Positions 1 through 9,732 of a DNA stretch of 64,000 nucleotides are shown here, piece by piece. Location of the stretch: positions 64,001 to 128,000 of the forward strand of contig CAWKNZ010000001.1 in assembly GCA_963851265.1 (NCBI GenBank), written 5' to 3'. The first letter of the stretch is position 1. Every line of letters begins with the position of its first letter. This DNA comes from an uncultured Gemmatimonadales bacterium. GTDB lineage: Bacteria > Gemmatimonadota > Gemmatimonadetes > Gemmatimonadales > Gemmatimonadaceae. The translations under genes were made by a program, and so were the position numbers. Under the pieces are notes generated by a model. The model saw only the letters and a list, made by a program, of their open reading frames with translations, made no database searches and was not told the DNA's origin.

Positions 1-531
1 CGGATCGCCCCGCCCGTGCGCCTCGTCGTCTGCGGAAGCGGGCCCGATGCGGCGCCCGTCGTGCGACTCGCGGCCGGGTTGGGGTGGGACGTGACCGTGG
101 TCGCGCCGCACGCGGCGTCGGCGGGGCGCGGCGATCGCTTCCCGGGTGCGCGCATGGTCGCCTGCGCCGACCCCGCGCAGCTGGCCGACGCCGTTCCCAT
201 CGCCGCGCGCACGGCCGCGGTGGTCATGTCCCACGACTACGCGCGCGACCGCGCCTACCTCGGCGCCCTGCTCGACTCCGACGCAGGCTACGTGGGCGTG
301 ATGGGCCCGCGGCGGCGTACCGAGCGCATGCTGGCCGACCTCGCCGCGGCGGGGCGCACCTGGCTCGACGCGCGCCACGCCCACGTCTACGCCCCGGTCG
401 GTCTCGACGTGGGCGGCGACGGGCCCGAGGCGATCGCGCTCGCGATCGTGGCCGAGGTGAGCGCGACCGCAGGCGGCCGGGCCGGCGGCCACCTGCGCAC
501 CCGGCGCGCACCCATCCACGCCGACGTCTGA
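1..531 (+). CDS. xdhC: XdhC/CoxI family molybdoenzyme accessory protein, C-terminal Rossmann domain (5' part lies before the window)
   Basis: LVVCGSG...VMSHDY..D...YVGVMGPRRR...YAPVGLDVGGDGPEAIALAIVAEV is the typical XdhC C-terminal domain; ORF track 16..531. Confidence 0.85.
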   Translation, partial: RIAPPVRLVVCGSGPDAAPVVRLAAGLGWDVTVVAPHAASAGRGDRFPGARMVACADPAQLADAVPIAARTAAVVMSHDYARDRAYLGALLDSDAGYVGVMGPRRRTERMLADLAAAGRTWLDARHAHVYAPVGLDVGGDGPEAIALAIVAEVSATAGGRAGGHLRTRRAPIHADV

Positions 532-536
532 CACTG

Positions 537-1127
537 GTGCGCGTCGGCGCCGTCGTCCTGGCCGCGGGCGGGTCGACCCGGCTCGGGCGTCCGAAGCAAC
601 TGGTGCGCTACGCCGGCGAGCCGCTCGTGCGGCGCGCGGCCCGCGCGGTGATCGACGCCGGGGCGCGGCCGGTAGTCGTCGTGCTCGGCGCGCGCGCGCA
701 CGACGTCGCCCCCGCGCTCGACGGCGTGCCGGCGCTCACCGTCGTCACGCACGCGCGTTGGGCGGACGGGCTCGGCGCCTCGCTGGCGGCGGGACTGCGC
801 GCGCTCGACGCGCTCGATCCGGACACCCCCCCGGACGGCGTGCTGCTGACCGTGTGCGACCAGCCGCTCGTCGACGCGGCTGCGTTAGGCGCGTTGCTGG
901 AGGCGTTCACCGGGCCCGGGTGTGCCGCGGCGGCGGAGTATGCCGGGACGCTCGGGGTGCCGGCGGTGATCGGGCGCGACCATCTGGACGCGCTGCGTGC
1001 CGCGACCGGGGACGCGGGAGCCGGTAGGTGGCTGCGCGCGCACACCGCACTCGTCACGCGGGTGCCGCTCGCGGCGGCCGCGTTCGACGTCGACACCGAG
1101 GCCGACGTCGCGCGGTTCACCGAATAG
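537..1127 (+). CDS. mocA: Molybdenum cofactor cytidylyltransferase (MocA-like nucleotidyltransferase)
   Basis: GTG at 537; VVLAAGGSTRLGRPKQL, CDQP, GDAGA and FDVDT motifs; directly follows xdhC. Confidence 0.85.
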   Translation: MRVGAVVLAAGGSTRLGRPKQLVRYAGEPLVRRAARAVIDAGARPVVVVLGARAHDVAPALDGVPALTVVTHARWADGLGASLAAGLRALDALDPDTPPDGVLLTVCDQPLVDAAALGALLEAFTGPGCAAAAEYAGTLGVPAVIGRDHLDALRAATGDAGAGRWLRAHTALVTRVPLAAAAFDVDTEADVARFTE

Positions 1128-1273
1128 CCGGGGCGCGTGTCGCCACCGTCCGCCCGCCCGCCCGCCCTCGCCCGCGGCGCCGTGCGGGCCGTGCGTCGCG
1201 GAGTGAGCGGGGCGCCCCGCGCCGCGTGGAGCGGCGGCGCGGGGTGCTTCCTGCCTTACGTGGGCCGTTCCGC

Positions 1274-1657
1274 TCAGCGCGCCGGCGGGCGGCCCGGCGC
1301 CGTGCTACCCGGTGTGGTGCTACCCGGCGTCGTCGTGCTACCGGGCGTCGTCGTGCTACCTGGCGTGCCCGTGCTGCCCGGCGTCGTGCTGCCCGGCGTG
1401 GTCGTACCGCCCGGCGTGCCCGTGCTACCCGGCGTCGTCGTACCGCCCGGCAGACTCGTACCGCCCGTGGTTGCGCCGCCGGTCGTACCGCCGGTGGTCG
1501 CGCCGCCAGCCGTCGCGCCACCCGGCGCGGTGGCCGGCGACGGCGAGGAACCGGCCGACGACTGCGACGACGGGGTGCAGCGCGCGCTGGCGACGGCGAG
1601 ACCGGCGACGAGCACGCCCTGCGCGATCCGGCGGGTCATGGCATGAGAACTCGACAT
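1274..1657 (-). CDS. Small exported, possibly lipid-anchored, protein made mostly of Gly/Thr/Pro repeats
   Basis: AGGAG about 7 nt upstream of ATG 1657; signal-like RRIAQGVLVAGLAVASARC; then GGATT and TPG(S/G)T(T/G) repeats. Confidence 0.6.
   Translation of the reverse strand: MSSSHAMTRRIAQGVLVAGLAVASARCTPSSQSSAGSSPSPATAPGGATAGGATTGGTTGGATTGGTSLPGGTTTPGSTGTPGGTTTPGSTTPGSTGTPGSTTTPGSTTTPGSTTPGSTAPGRPPAR
1302..1452. repeat. Imperfect tandem repeat of about 18 nt (ccggcgtcgtcgtgcta-like) encoding PG(S/G)TTT units
   Basis: Visible tandem units, about 8 copies. Confidence 0.75.
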
Positions 1658-1813
1658 GGGACACTCCTGGAAAAGTTGGGAAGTGCGTGGCCGGCCCAAC
1701 GGGCTGCAGCCGGCCTCGTGTGTCCGCGCGTCAGCGGCGGTCACCGTGTTGCGACACCTCGCGAGGCGGTCACGCAAAACGGCTTCCGCCGCGCCGCCGA
1801 TATCGCGACTTCT

Positions 1814-1830
1814 TGCGCCACGCGTGCCAA
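1814..1830 (-). promoter_or_regulatory. Possible sigma54 -24/-12 promoter for the repeat protein gene
   Basis: TTGGCACGCGTGGCGCA on the minus strand has GG-N10-GC spacing; lacks the TT before GC. Confidence 0.3.
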
Positions 1831-1929
1831 TTTGTATGCGAGTGTGTGATTAACGGCACGAGCCGCGGCACGGTCGCGTCGCACGTGCGCTACACGGCGC
1901 GCGGCCCGCGCATTGCCCCACTTCGGCGC

Positions 1930-4131
1930 ATGATGAAACTCTCTGTCGAGGGAACGTCGCTCGACCGTGTCGAGGGTGCGGCCAAGGTCACGGGACGGGC
2001 GCACTACACGGCGGACCTGACGCCGCCCGGGCTCGCCCACGCGGTCGCAGTGCAGAGCCCGGTCGCGCACGGCCGAATCGCCGAGATCGACACGGCCCCT
2101 GCCCTGCGCGCGCCGGGCGTGCTCGCCGTGATCACGCACCACGACGCGCCGCGCCTGTCGCCGTCCATCGTCGCCATGGACACCACCGGCGAGCGCGGCG
2201 GTGCCGGCACGCAGCACCTCCCACTGCAGGACGACGTCATCCACCACTGGGGGCAGCACGTGGCCGTGGTCGTGGCGGAGTCGTTCGAGCAGGCCCGCCA
2301 CGCCGCCGCGCTCGTGCGCGCGCGCTACGACGCCGAACGACCGGTGCTCGACATGGACGGGCCCGATGCGGCCCCGTTCACACCCACCAAGGTGTGGGGC
2401 GCCGCACCCGAGACGAAGCACGGCGACGTCGCCGCCGGGCTCGCCGCCGCCGACGTGCGCGTCGACGCGACGTACGTCACGCAGGTGCAGCACCACAACT
2501 CGATGGAGTTGCACTCGACGGTGGCGGCGTGGGACGGCGACGCCCTCACGCTCTACGAACCGTCGACGTGGGTGTACGGCGTGCGGAAGACGGTGGCCGG
2601 GTGGTTCGGACTGTTCGAGCACCAGGTGCGCGTGGTCCAACACCACATCGGAGGGTCGTTCGGGCACAAGGGGCCGACGTGGCCGCACGTCGCACTCGCG
2701 GTCATGGCGGCGCGTCGCGTGGGCCGCCCGGTGCGCCTCACGCTCACGCGCCCGCAGGAGTTCACCTCGGTCGGCTACCGCCCGCGCATCCGCCACCGCG
2801 TCCGGCTCGGCGCCACGCGCGACGGACGGCTCACCGCGCTGTCGCACGAGGCCCTCGCGCAGACCGCCCCGTTCGACACGCGCGTCGTCGCGCCGGTCAC
2901 GGCCACCACGCGCAAGCTCTACGCGTGCGACAACGTCGAGACCTCCTACCGCCTCGTCCACCTCAACCGCAACGGGCCGTTCACGATGCGCGGGCCCGGC
3001 GAGACGCCGGGGCTGTTCGCCGTCGAGAGCGCGATGGACGAGCTGGCCTGCGCGTTAGGCATCGACCCGCTCGAGCTGCGCCTCCGCAACCACGCCGACG
3101 CCGACCCCGAGTCGGGCCGCCCGTGGTCGAGCAAGCGGCTGCGCGCGTGCTACGCCGAGGCCGCCGCGCGCTTCGGGTGGGCCGCGCGCGACCCGCGACC
3201 GCGGTCGATGCGCGCGCGCGACGGCGGCGCGCGCGTCGGCTGGGGGATGGCCACCGCGGCCTACCACGCCAAGGCCGAGAAGACCGCGGCCCGCGCGCGC
3301 CTCGCGCCCGACGGCGCGGGCGGTCACCTCGTCACGGTCGAGAGCGCGACCGCGGACCCGGGCACCGGCGCCCGCACCGTGATGACGCAGGTCGCCGCCG
3401 ACGCGCTCGGCGTCCCGCCCGAGCGCGTGCGCTTCCACCTCGGCGACACGCACCTGCCCGAGGCGCCCATAGCGGCGGGCTCGCAGACGACCGCGAGCGT
3501 GGGCCCCGCGGTGCGCGCCGCGTGCCTCGCGCTCCGCGACAAGCTCCGCGCGCTCGCCGCGGCGCAGGGCCACCCGTTAGGCGACGGCGGCGACGCGCTC
3601 GCCGGCTACGCCGCGGCGCTCGCCCGCGCCGGCCTCGACGCCGTCGACGCCGACGCCGCGGTGGCCCCGCCCGAGGCGGCCACCGCGGAGTACACGCGCT
3701 ACTCGTTCGGCGCGCACTTCTGCGAGGTGCTCGTCGCGCCCGCGACGGGCGCGGTACGCGTCGCCCGCCACGTCGCGGCGTTCGACGTCGGACGCGTGCT
3801 CAACCCGCGGACCACCGTCAGCCAGCTCCGGGGCGGGCTGATCTGGGGGATCGGGCAGGCGCTCACCGAAGGCACGCACTACGACCCGCACACGGGCAAG
3901 GTGGTCAACGACAACCTCGCCGACTACCACGTGCCCGTGAACGCCGACGTCCCCGACCTCGACGCGTTCTTCGTCGACGCGGACGACCCGCGCGAGCTCA
4001 ACCCGTTAGGCACCAAGGCCGTGGGCGAGATCGCGACCGTCGGCGCGGCCGCGGCCGTCGCCAACGCGGTCTACCACGCCACCGGCGTGCGCGTGCGCGA
4101 CCTGCCCATCACGCCCGACCGCCTGCTCTGA
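1930..4131 (+). CDS. Xanthine dehydrogenase family molybdopterin-binding subunit (YagR/PaoC-like)
   Basis: DRVEGAAKVTGRAHY, HHNSMELH, IGGSFGHK, MRGPGETPG, SQLRGGLIWGIG and KAVGE motifs. Confidence 0.92.
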   Translation: MMKLSVEGTSLDRVEGAAKVTGRAHYTADLTPPGLAHAVAVQSPVAHGRIAEIDTAPALRAPGVLAVITHHDAPRLSPSIVAMDTTGERGGAGTQHLPLQDDVIHHWGQHVAVVVAESFEQARHAAALVRARYDAERPVLDMDGPDAAPFTPTKVWGAAPETKHGDVAAGLAAADVRVDATYVTQVQHHNSMELHSTVAAWDGDALTLYEPSTWVYGVRKTVAGWFGLFEHQVRVVQHHIGGSFGHKGPTWPHVALAVMAARRVGRPVRLTLTRPQEFTSVGYRPRIRHRVRLGATRDGRLTALSHEALAQTAPFDTRVVAPVTATTRKLYACDNVETSYRLVHLNRNGPFTMRGPGETPGLFAVESAMDELACALGIDPLELRLRNHADADPESGRPWSSKRLRACYAEAAARFGWAARDPRPRSMRARDGGARVGWGMATAAYHAKAEKTAARARLAPDGAGGHLVTVESATADPGTGARTVMTQVAADALGVPPERVRFHLGDTHLPEAPIAAGSQTTASVGPAVRAACLALRDKLRALAAAQGHPLGDGGDALAGYAAALARAGLDAVDADAAVAPPEAATAEYTRYSFGAHFCEVLVAPATGAVRVARHVAAFDVGRVLNPRTTVSQLRGGLIWGIGQALTEGTHYDPHTGKVVNDNLADYHVPVNADVPDLDAFFVDADDPRELNPLGTKAVGEIATVGAAAAVANAVYHATGVRVRDLPITPDRLL

Positions 4132-4150
4132 ACGGCTCCTCCGAACGGCG

Positions 4151-5899
4151 TCAGCCACCCTCCCCCGCGAGCGCGCGCACCGCGGCGAGCGTGTCGGCCT
4201 CCGCGGCCGGCTTGTCGTCGCGCACGCGCAGGATGCGCGGGAAGCGCAGCGCGTAGCCGGCCTTGTGCCGCGCGCTCTTCTGCACGACGTCGAACGTGAC
4301 CTCCAGCACCACCTCCGGCCGCACCTGCTGGAAGCGCCCGAACTTCTGCACCGTCAGCGCCTGCAGCCGCTCGGTGAGCGCGGCGACCTCGACGTCCGTG
4401 AGGCCGTTGTACGCCTTGCCCACGGTGAGCAGCGCGGGGTCGTCCTCCGACGCGCGCACGGCGAAGGTGTAGTCCGAGAGATACTTGGCGCGCCGCCCGT
4501 GCCCCCACTCCGCGCCGACGATCACCACGTCGAGCGTGGCGAGCGCCTTCTTCAGCTTGATCCACAGCTTGCCGCGGCGCCCGGGCGTGTAGGGCGAGTC
4601 GAGCGCCTTCGCGATGATCCCCTCGTTGCCCGCCGCGCGCGCCGCCGCGAACGCGGCCTCCACCGCCTCGGCCGTCGACGCCAGCTCGTGCGGCGTGAGG
4701 CGCGCGTACGGCTCGCCGCCGGCCGCCTCCGGCCAGGCGAGCGTGGCGAGGCGCGCCCGGCGCGCGGTGTACGGCTCGTCGATCACCAGCGCGCCGTCCC
4801 AGGCGAGCGCGTCGTAGGCGACGAACTGCACCGGCACCTCCGCGCGCAGCGCCGCGTCGGGCGCCTTGCGCCCCAGCCGCCGCTGCATCGCCGTGAACGG
4901 CAGCGCGCGCCGCGGGTCGGCGGGGTCGTAGGCGAGCAGCTCGCCGTCGAGGATCACCCCGTCGCCCGCGGTCTCGCCCAACGACGCGAGCGCGCCCGCC
5001 ACCTCGGGGTACCCGTGCGTGATCTCGTCGAGGGTGCGCGAGTACAGCGCGACGCGCACGGCGCCGTCCGCGCCACGCCCCACGTGCGCCTGCGCGCGGA
5101 TGCCGTCGTACTTGTCCTCCACGGCGAACGGCGCCGGCAGCGCGGCCGCGATCTCCTCCGCCGTGTCGAGCGGCTGCGCGAGCATGAACCCCATCGGGTG
5201 AAAGAGCGCGAGCCGCGCGTCGCCCAGCCGCCCGCCCCGCGCGAGCACCGCGACCTCGCCCACGTCGCCGCGCAGCAGGTTGGCGTGGCGCACCGCGCCT
5301 AACGTCGCGCCGAACGCCTTCGCGAGCGCCTCCTCCACCTGCGCCTCCTTCAGGCCGATGCGCAGCTCGCCGCCGCCCAGCAGCAGCTTCGCCGCGTACT
5401 GCGCCTCCGCCGGGCCCAGCGCGGCGAGCAGCGCGCGCACGCGGTCGCGCTTGGCGTGCGCCCCCCGCGTGGCGGCCAGCGCGTCGAACTCGGCCGCCAC
5501 GTCGCCGAGCGACCACCCGCTCGCCGGCGGCGGCGGATCGCGCTCCTCGAGCAGCAGGCGGGCCACGTCGCCGAGGTCGCCCACCGCGACCACGCGCGCG
5601 TGCAGCGCCTCGCGCGTGGCGCCGGTGACGGTCGAGATCGCGTCGCTCACCGCCGCGCCACCCACGCTCGTGGTGCGCTGGTCGTGGCGCGGGAACGGCA
5701 GCCCCGAGAAGAACCGCGCGGCGACCGCGAGCGCGCCGTCGTCGAGCGTCGGGAAGTAGGCCTCCAGCGCGGCGCCCTTTTCGAGGCGCTTGGTCGTGGC
5801 GCGCACCGCGTCGGCCGTGTCGCACCAGCGCTGGAAGGCGTCGGCCCGCAGCGCGTCGGCGGCAGGCGTGGGGGAACTCGGCGTGTCGGTCACGCCCAC
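4151..5899 (-). CDS. ATP-dependent DNA ligase
   Basis: Motif I EDKYDGIRAQ, ILDGE, EGIIAK, WIKLK, ALRFPRILRVRDDK; N-terminal DNA-binding domain. Confidence 0.95.
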   Translation of the reverse strand: MGVTDTPSSPTPAADALRADAFQRWCDTADAVRATTKRLEKGAALEAYFPTLDDGALAVAARFFSGLPFPRHDQRTTSVGGAAVSDAISTVTGATREALHARVVAVGDLGDVARLLLEERDPPPPASGWSLGDVAAEFDALAATRGAHAKRDRVRALLAALGPAEAQYAAKLLLGGGELRIGLKEAQVEEALAKAFGATLGAVRHANLLRGDVGEVAVLARGGRLGDARLALFHPMGFMLAQPLDTAEEIAAALPAPFAVEDKYDGIRAQAHVGRGADGAVRVALYSRTLDEITHGYPEVAGALASLGETAGDGVILDGELLAYDPADPRRALPFTAMQRRLGRKAPDAALRAEVPVQFVAYDALAWDGALVIDEPYTARRARLATLAWPEAAGGEPYARLTPHELASTAEAVEAAFAAARAAGNEGIIAKALDSPYTPGRRGKLWIKLKKALATLDVVIVGAEWGHGRRAKYLSDYTFAVRASEDDPALLTVGKAYNGLTDVEVAALTERLQALTVQKFGRFQQVRPEVVLEVTFDVVQKSARHKAGYALRFPRILRVRDDKPAAEADTLAAVRALAGEGG

Positions 5900-5902
5900 G
5901 CC

Positions 5903-8021
5903 TCAAGGCACGTCGTGCACCACGCCGCCCACGGGTTCGACGGGCTGTGCGCCGGCGCGGTACCAGTACCCCACGCCGAGCAGGAACCCGCCCACCAGCA
6001 GGTAGCTCCCCACGCGCAACGCGACCGAGTCGAGCTGTGACACCTCCACGATCGCCTTGAGCGCGGCGTAGAGCGCGAGGGCGAGCCCGGCCTGCCGCGC
6101 CGCGGCCACCCGCCGCGCGCGCCCGACGGCGAGCGCGCCCACGCCGGCCACGGCGAAGTACCCGACCAGCAGAAACGTCGCTACGTCGGGCGCGAACGCG
6201 TGCGCGAGCTCCTCGCGCCCCCAGAGCAGCGCCACCGCGGCCGCGACCGCGACGACGGCGGCGCGCTCGGTGCGCGGCAGCAGGTCGTCGCCCGCGTGCC
6301 AGACGGCGCCCGCGCACACCGCCCACCCCCCGACGACCACGGCCACCGCGGCCGACGGGCCCGTCAGGAACGGCACGTAGCCGAACGCGGGGCGCGCGGC
6401 CAGCTGCACCGCACCCCACACCGCCGCCGCGGCCAGCACGCCCAGCGGTGCCGCGAGCGCGAGCAGCGGGCGACCGTCGCGACCGCCGCCCCTGCCGGGC
6501 GCGCGGGCGAACACCGCCGCGGCGAGCGCGCCGTGCGCCCCGAGCAGCGCGAGACGCGGCACGTCGTACGCCCGCGTCCAGTCGACCAGGGCGATCGCGC
6601 TCGCGAACCCCGCCGCCGCGAGTTGCGGGCCGAGGCGCGGGTCCGCACCCGCGCGCGCCTCCCCCGCCGTGCGCCGCGTGCCGCGCCACACGGCCGCGAC
6701 CCCCGCCGCCGACAGCGCGCTCCACAGCGCGGCCACGCCGGCCGCCATCGGCGTGCCCGCGCGGCCGAGCGCCACGAGCGCGGCGCCGAGCGTCGCGAGC
6801 GGCAGCGCGAGCCCGGCGAGCGCGAACTCGGCGGCGGTCACCGCGGCGGGGAGGGCCGCGCCGAGTACCGCGGTGATCAGCTGCGTTCCCGCCATCGCCG
6901 CGAGCGCATACCCGACGAGCGACGGCGTCGACCGCACGCTCGCCCCGGCCGCGGCCCACAGCACCACGGCCGCGGTCGACAGCTCGGCCAGCGCCAGCCG
7001 CGCCAGCAGCGCGCTGGTCGCGTCGCCGCGGGCCGACGGACCAGCGCCGCCCCGCACGCGCCGGAACAGAATGGCGAGCGGCCCGGCCGCGCAGGCGAGC
7101 GTGAACGCGGACGCCACCTCGTGGTCGTGAAGGAGGTCCCCGAGCAACAGACCGCTCGGCGCGCCCGCCGCGGTGCGGGCGCTCACACCCGGGTCGAGCT
7201 GCGCGAACGCGTACATCGCCGTGCCCGCGCCCAACAGGCGCGCGGCGCCGCGCCACGGGCGGCGCGCGTCCGTGCCGCGCACGAGCGCCGCGAGCCCGGC
7301 GGTGAGCACGAGCCAGCCGTACACGGGGCGCACGAGCGGGTGCACGTCGGCCACGCCACTCACGAACGGCGCGAGCAACGCGCCACCCACGCCGACCACG
7401 AACAGCGACTGCTGCCGCGTGCGCCAGGCGAGCGCCGTGAGCGCGCCCGACGCGGCCGCCGCGACCGCGAGTGCCCACTCCGCATTCACCACGTGCAGGT
7501 ACGGGCCCGCGGCCCACGCGTCCACGTGCACCACGGCGAGCGCGAGGGCGAGCAGCACCTCGCCGAACCGCTGCGCGCCGTCGCGGTGCCGCAACCGTTC
7601 GCCGAGCGCGGCGAGGGCCGCGGCCCCCAGCGCGCCGAGGGCCACGCGGGCCGCCGGGGCGAGCGTGAAGTTCTCGACCGCCCACGTGAGAAACGCGCCG
7701 ACGCCCATCAGCAGGACGAGTGCGCCCACCGCCACCGCCGCGTAGCGCCCGACGAGCGTCTCGAGTCCGGCGCGGTCGGCGGGAAACTCGGGAACGCCCA
7801 GCCCGGTCACCCAGTCGCGGGCGGCGAGGCGAAGCCGGGCGGCCGGGAGGCGGGCCGCCCGAGGAGCGCGGGGCTTGAAGGGCATCCGTCGTTTCCGATT
7901 CCGCGGCCGGTGTCGCGCCGCCACGGGCCGCGCGCAGCTCGGCGACCTCCTGGCGCAGGACCGCCACCTCACGTTCGAGCGCCGCGAGGCGGGCGTCGGG
8001 ATCGGGACGTGGCGCGGTCAC
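5903..8021 (-). CDS. DUF2339-like polytopic membrane protein with an apparent frameshift near 7835-7900
   Basis: Many TM helices in frame 5903..7972 (LETLVGRY...; ALKAIVEVSQL...RVGSYLLVGGFLL). The coiled-coil N-terminus MTAPRPDPDARLAALEREVAVLRQEVAELR starts at 8021 in another frame. Confidence 0.7.
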
Positions 8022-8081
8022 GCCGGAACATGGCGCCGGGCGCGCGGCACGCGCCAGAACGGCCGCGGCCCCCGGATCAGC

Positions 8082-9221
8082 TCACAGCTCCAACCCGAAC
8101 TGCGGCGTGTCGTCCGACCGGTCCGCCTCGGGCGCGAGCGCGGGCGTCGGCTTGCGTGCCGACTTGCGTGCCGCCGGGCGCGGCGCCGGGCGCGGCGCGT
8201 TCGCCGCGCTCGGCGCCCGCGCCGGGGCGCCCCCATCCTCGTCGGGCGTGCCCGCGCTTTGCGGGTGCTCCGCGAGCTGCTCCGCGTCGATGCCACGCGC
8301 GCGCAGCTCCGCAGCGAACGACGCGGGCCCGTGCACCGTCCACACCTTGCGCGCGCCGCTCTCGACCGCGGTCCGCACGAGTTCGTCGAAGTCGGCGTGG
8401 TCCGAGAGGGGAAGGACGAGGTCGCAGTCGCGATACATGTTGTGCGCCCCGGGGTGCAGCGCCCACCCGGTGAGATGACACACTCGCTTCCGCTCCAGCC
8501 CCTGCACCATCGCCGTCTTACGCGTTCCCGGCGTCGTGAGGAGCACGCGCCGCCCCACCTTGCCGCGCTCGTACCGCCCCCACGCGCCGGGACCGGGAAA
8601 GTCGTGCCCCAGCCGCACGTGCAGGTCGCACAGGTTGGCGATCGCGCCGTGCAGCACCACGTCGTACCCGTGGCGCGTCAGGTGCCAGAGCACCTCCTGC
8701 CCCTTGCCTAACGCATAGGCGAGCAGCACGGGCGTCGCCCCGTCCGCCAGCGCGTCGTCGACGAACGCGAACAGCCGGTCGAGCAGCTCGGCCTCGGCGG
8801 GAAACCGGTAGCGCGGATCGCCGAACGTGCACTCCATCACCAGCTCGTCCACGCGCGGAATTGTCACCGCGGGCGAGAAGGGGTTGGGCCGCAGCTTGTA
8901 GTCGCCCGTGTAGGCGAGGCGCCCCTCCGCCGACTCCGCGACCAGCATCGCGGAGCCGAGCGCGTGCCCGGCCGGGATGAGCGTGACGGCGGCGTCGGCG
9001 AACCGGGCGGTCTCGCCGAAGCGGAGCGTGACCGCATCGCGCGCGCCTCGACGGGCGTCGTGCAGGGCAGCCGTCTCGGCGGTGCAGAGGATGCGGGCCG
9101 CGCGCGAGCAGTGGTCGCTGTGGGCGTGCGAGACGAAGACGGTGCCCGGTGCGTCGCGCGCGTCGAGGTGAAGGTCGGACGGTGGGGAGTAGAGGCCCGA
9201 CGGGGTGAGGCGGAGCAGCAT
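8082..9221 (-). CDS. Ligase-associated DNA damage response exonuclease (MBL/beta-CASP fold)
   Basis: SHAHSDH, PAGHALGS, TGDYK, MECTFG, YALGKGQE, LSDHADF and TVHG motifs; upstream of the ligase. Confidence 0.88.
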   Translation of the reverse strand: MLLRLTPSGLYSPPSDLHLDARDAPGTVFVSHAHSDHCSRAARILCTAETAALHDARRGARDAVTLRFGETARFADAAVTLIPAGHALGSAMLVAESAEGRLAYTGDYKLRPNPFSPAVTIPRVDELVMECTFGDPRYRFPAEAELLDRLFAFVDDALADGATPVLLAYALGKGQEVLWHLTRHGYDVVLHGAIANLCDLHVRLGHDFPGPGAWGRYERGKVGRRVLLTTPGTRKTAMVQGLERKRVCHLTGWALHPGAHNMYRDCDLVLPLSDHADFDELVRTAVESGARKVWTVHGPASFAAELRARGIDAEQLAEHPQSAGTPDEDGGAPARAPSAANAPRPAPRPAARKSARKPTPALAPEADRSDDTPQFGLEL

Positions 9222-9240
9222 CGTGTCTACTATACCCCCG
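9222..9240. promoter_or_regulatory. Overlapping divergent -10 boxes serving two leaderless genes
   Basis: TACTAT (+, 9228-9233) is 7 nt before ATG 9241; TATAGT (-, 9234-9229) is 7 nt before ATG 9221. Confidence 0.7.
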
Positions 9241-9681
9241 ATGTTCGCCGACACCCTCCTCCAGCTCGAACGCGCCCACCTCCTCCGCCTGCTCATCTGG
9301 GGCGCCGGGAGCACCCTTGCCGGCACACTCCTGCTCGCCCTGCAGGCGCTCCAACGTACCGCCGGCCCCACCCCCCTCCTCCGCCACTTCGGCATCCAGA
9401 CCGCCGCGTGGGGCCTCATCGACCTCGCCCTCGCGCTCTGGGCCCAGCGTGGCCTCGCCCTTCGCGATTATTCCGCCGCCCGCCAGCTCGATCGCGTGCT
9501 CTGGCTCAACCTCGGCCTCGACGCCGGCTACGTCGGCGTCGGCGTGACGCTCGCCCTCTGCGGATGGCTGTTCGGCCGCCGGTACGCCCCGGTCGGCGCG
9601 GGCATCGGGGTGGCAATCCAGGGAATCGCGCTGTTTCTGCTCGATTTACTGTTCGTCCGACAGTTGCAGGCGAGCGTGTAA
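9241..9681 (+). CDS. Hypothetical membrane protein with about 4 TM helices
   Basis: Hydrophobic segments; NLGLDAGYVGVG motif; good codon usage. Confidence 0.75.
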   Translation: MFADTLLQLERAHLLRLLIWGAGSTLAGTLLLALQALQRTAGPTPLLRHFGIQTAAWGLIDLALALWAQRGLALRDYSAARQLDRVLWLNLGLDAGYVGVGVTLALCGWLFGRRYAPVGAGIGVAIQGIALFLLDLLFVRQLQASV

Positions 9682-9732
9682 CACCCCTCCCGACCCGGCT
9701 CAGCCCCACCCTGCCCCACCCTGCCCCGCGCG

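Noticed and set aside
1137..1646. Elastin-like VVLPG-repeat ORF on the + strand
   Set aside because: Antisense reading of the TPGST repeat gene; the minus strand has the RBS and signal peptide
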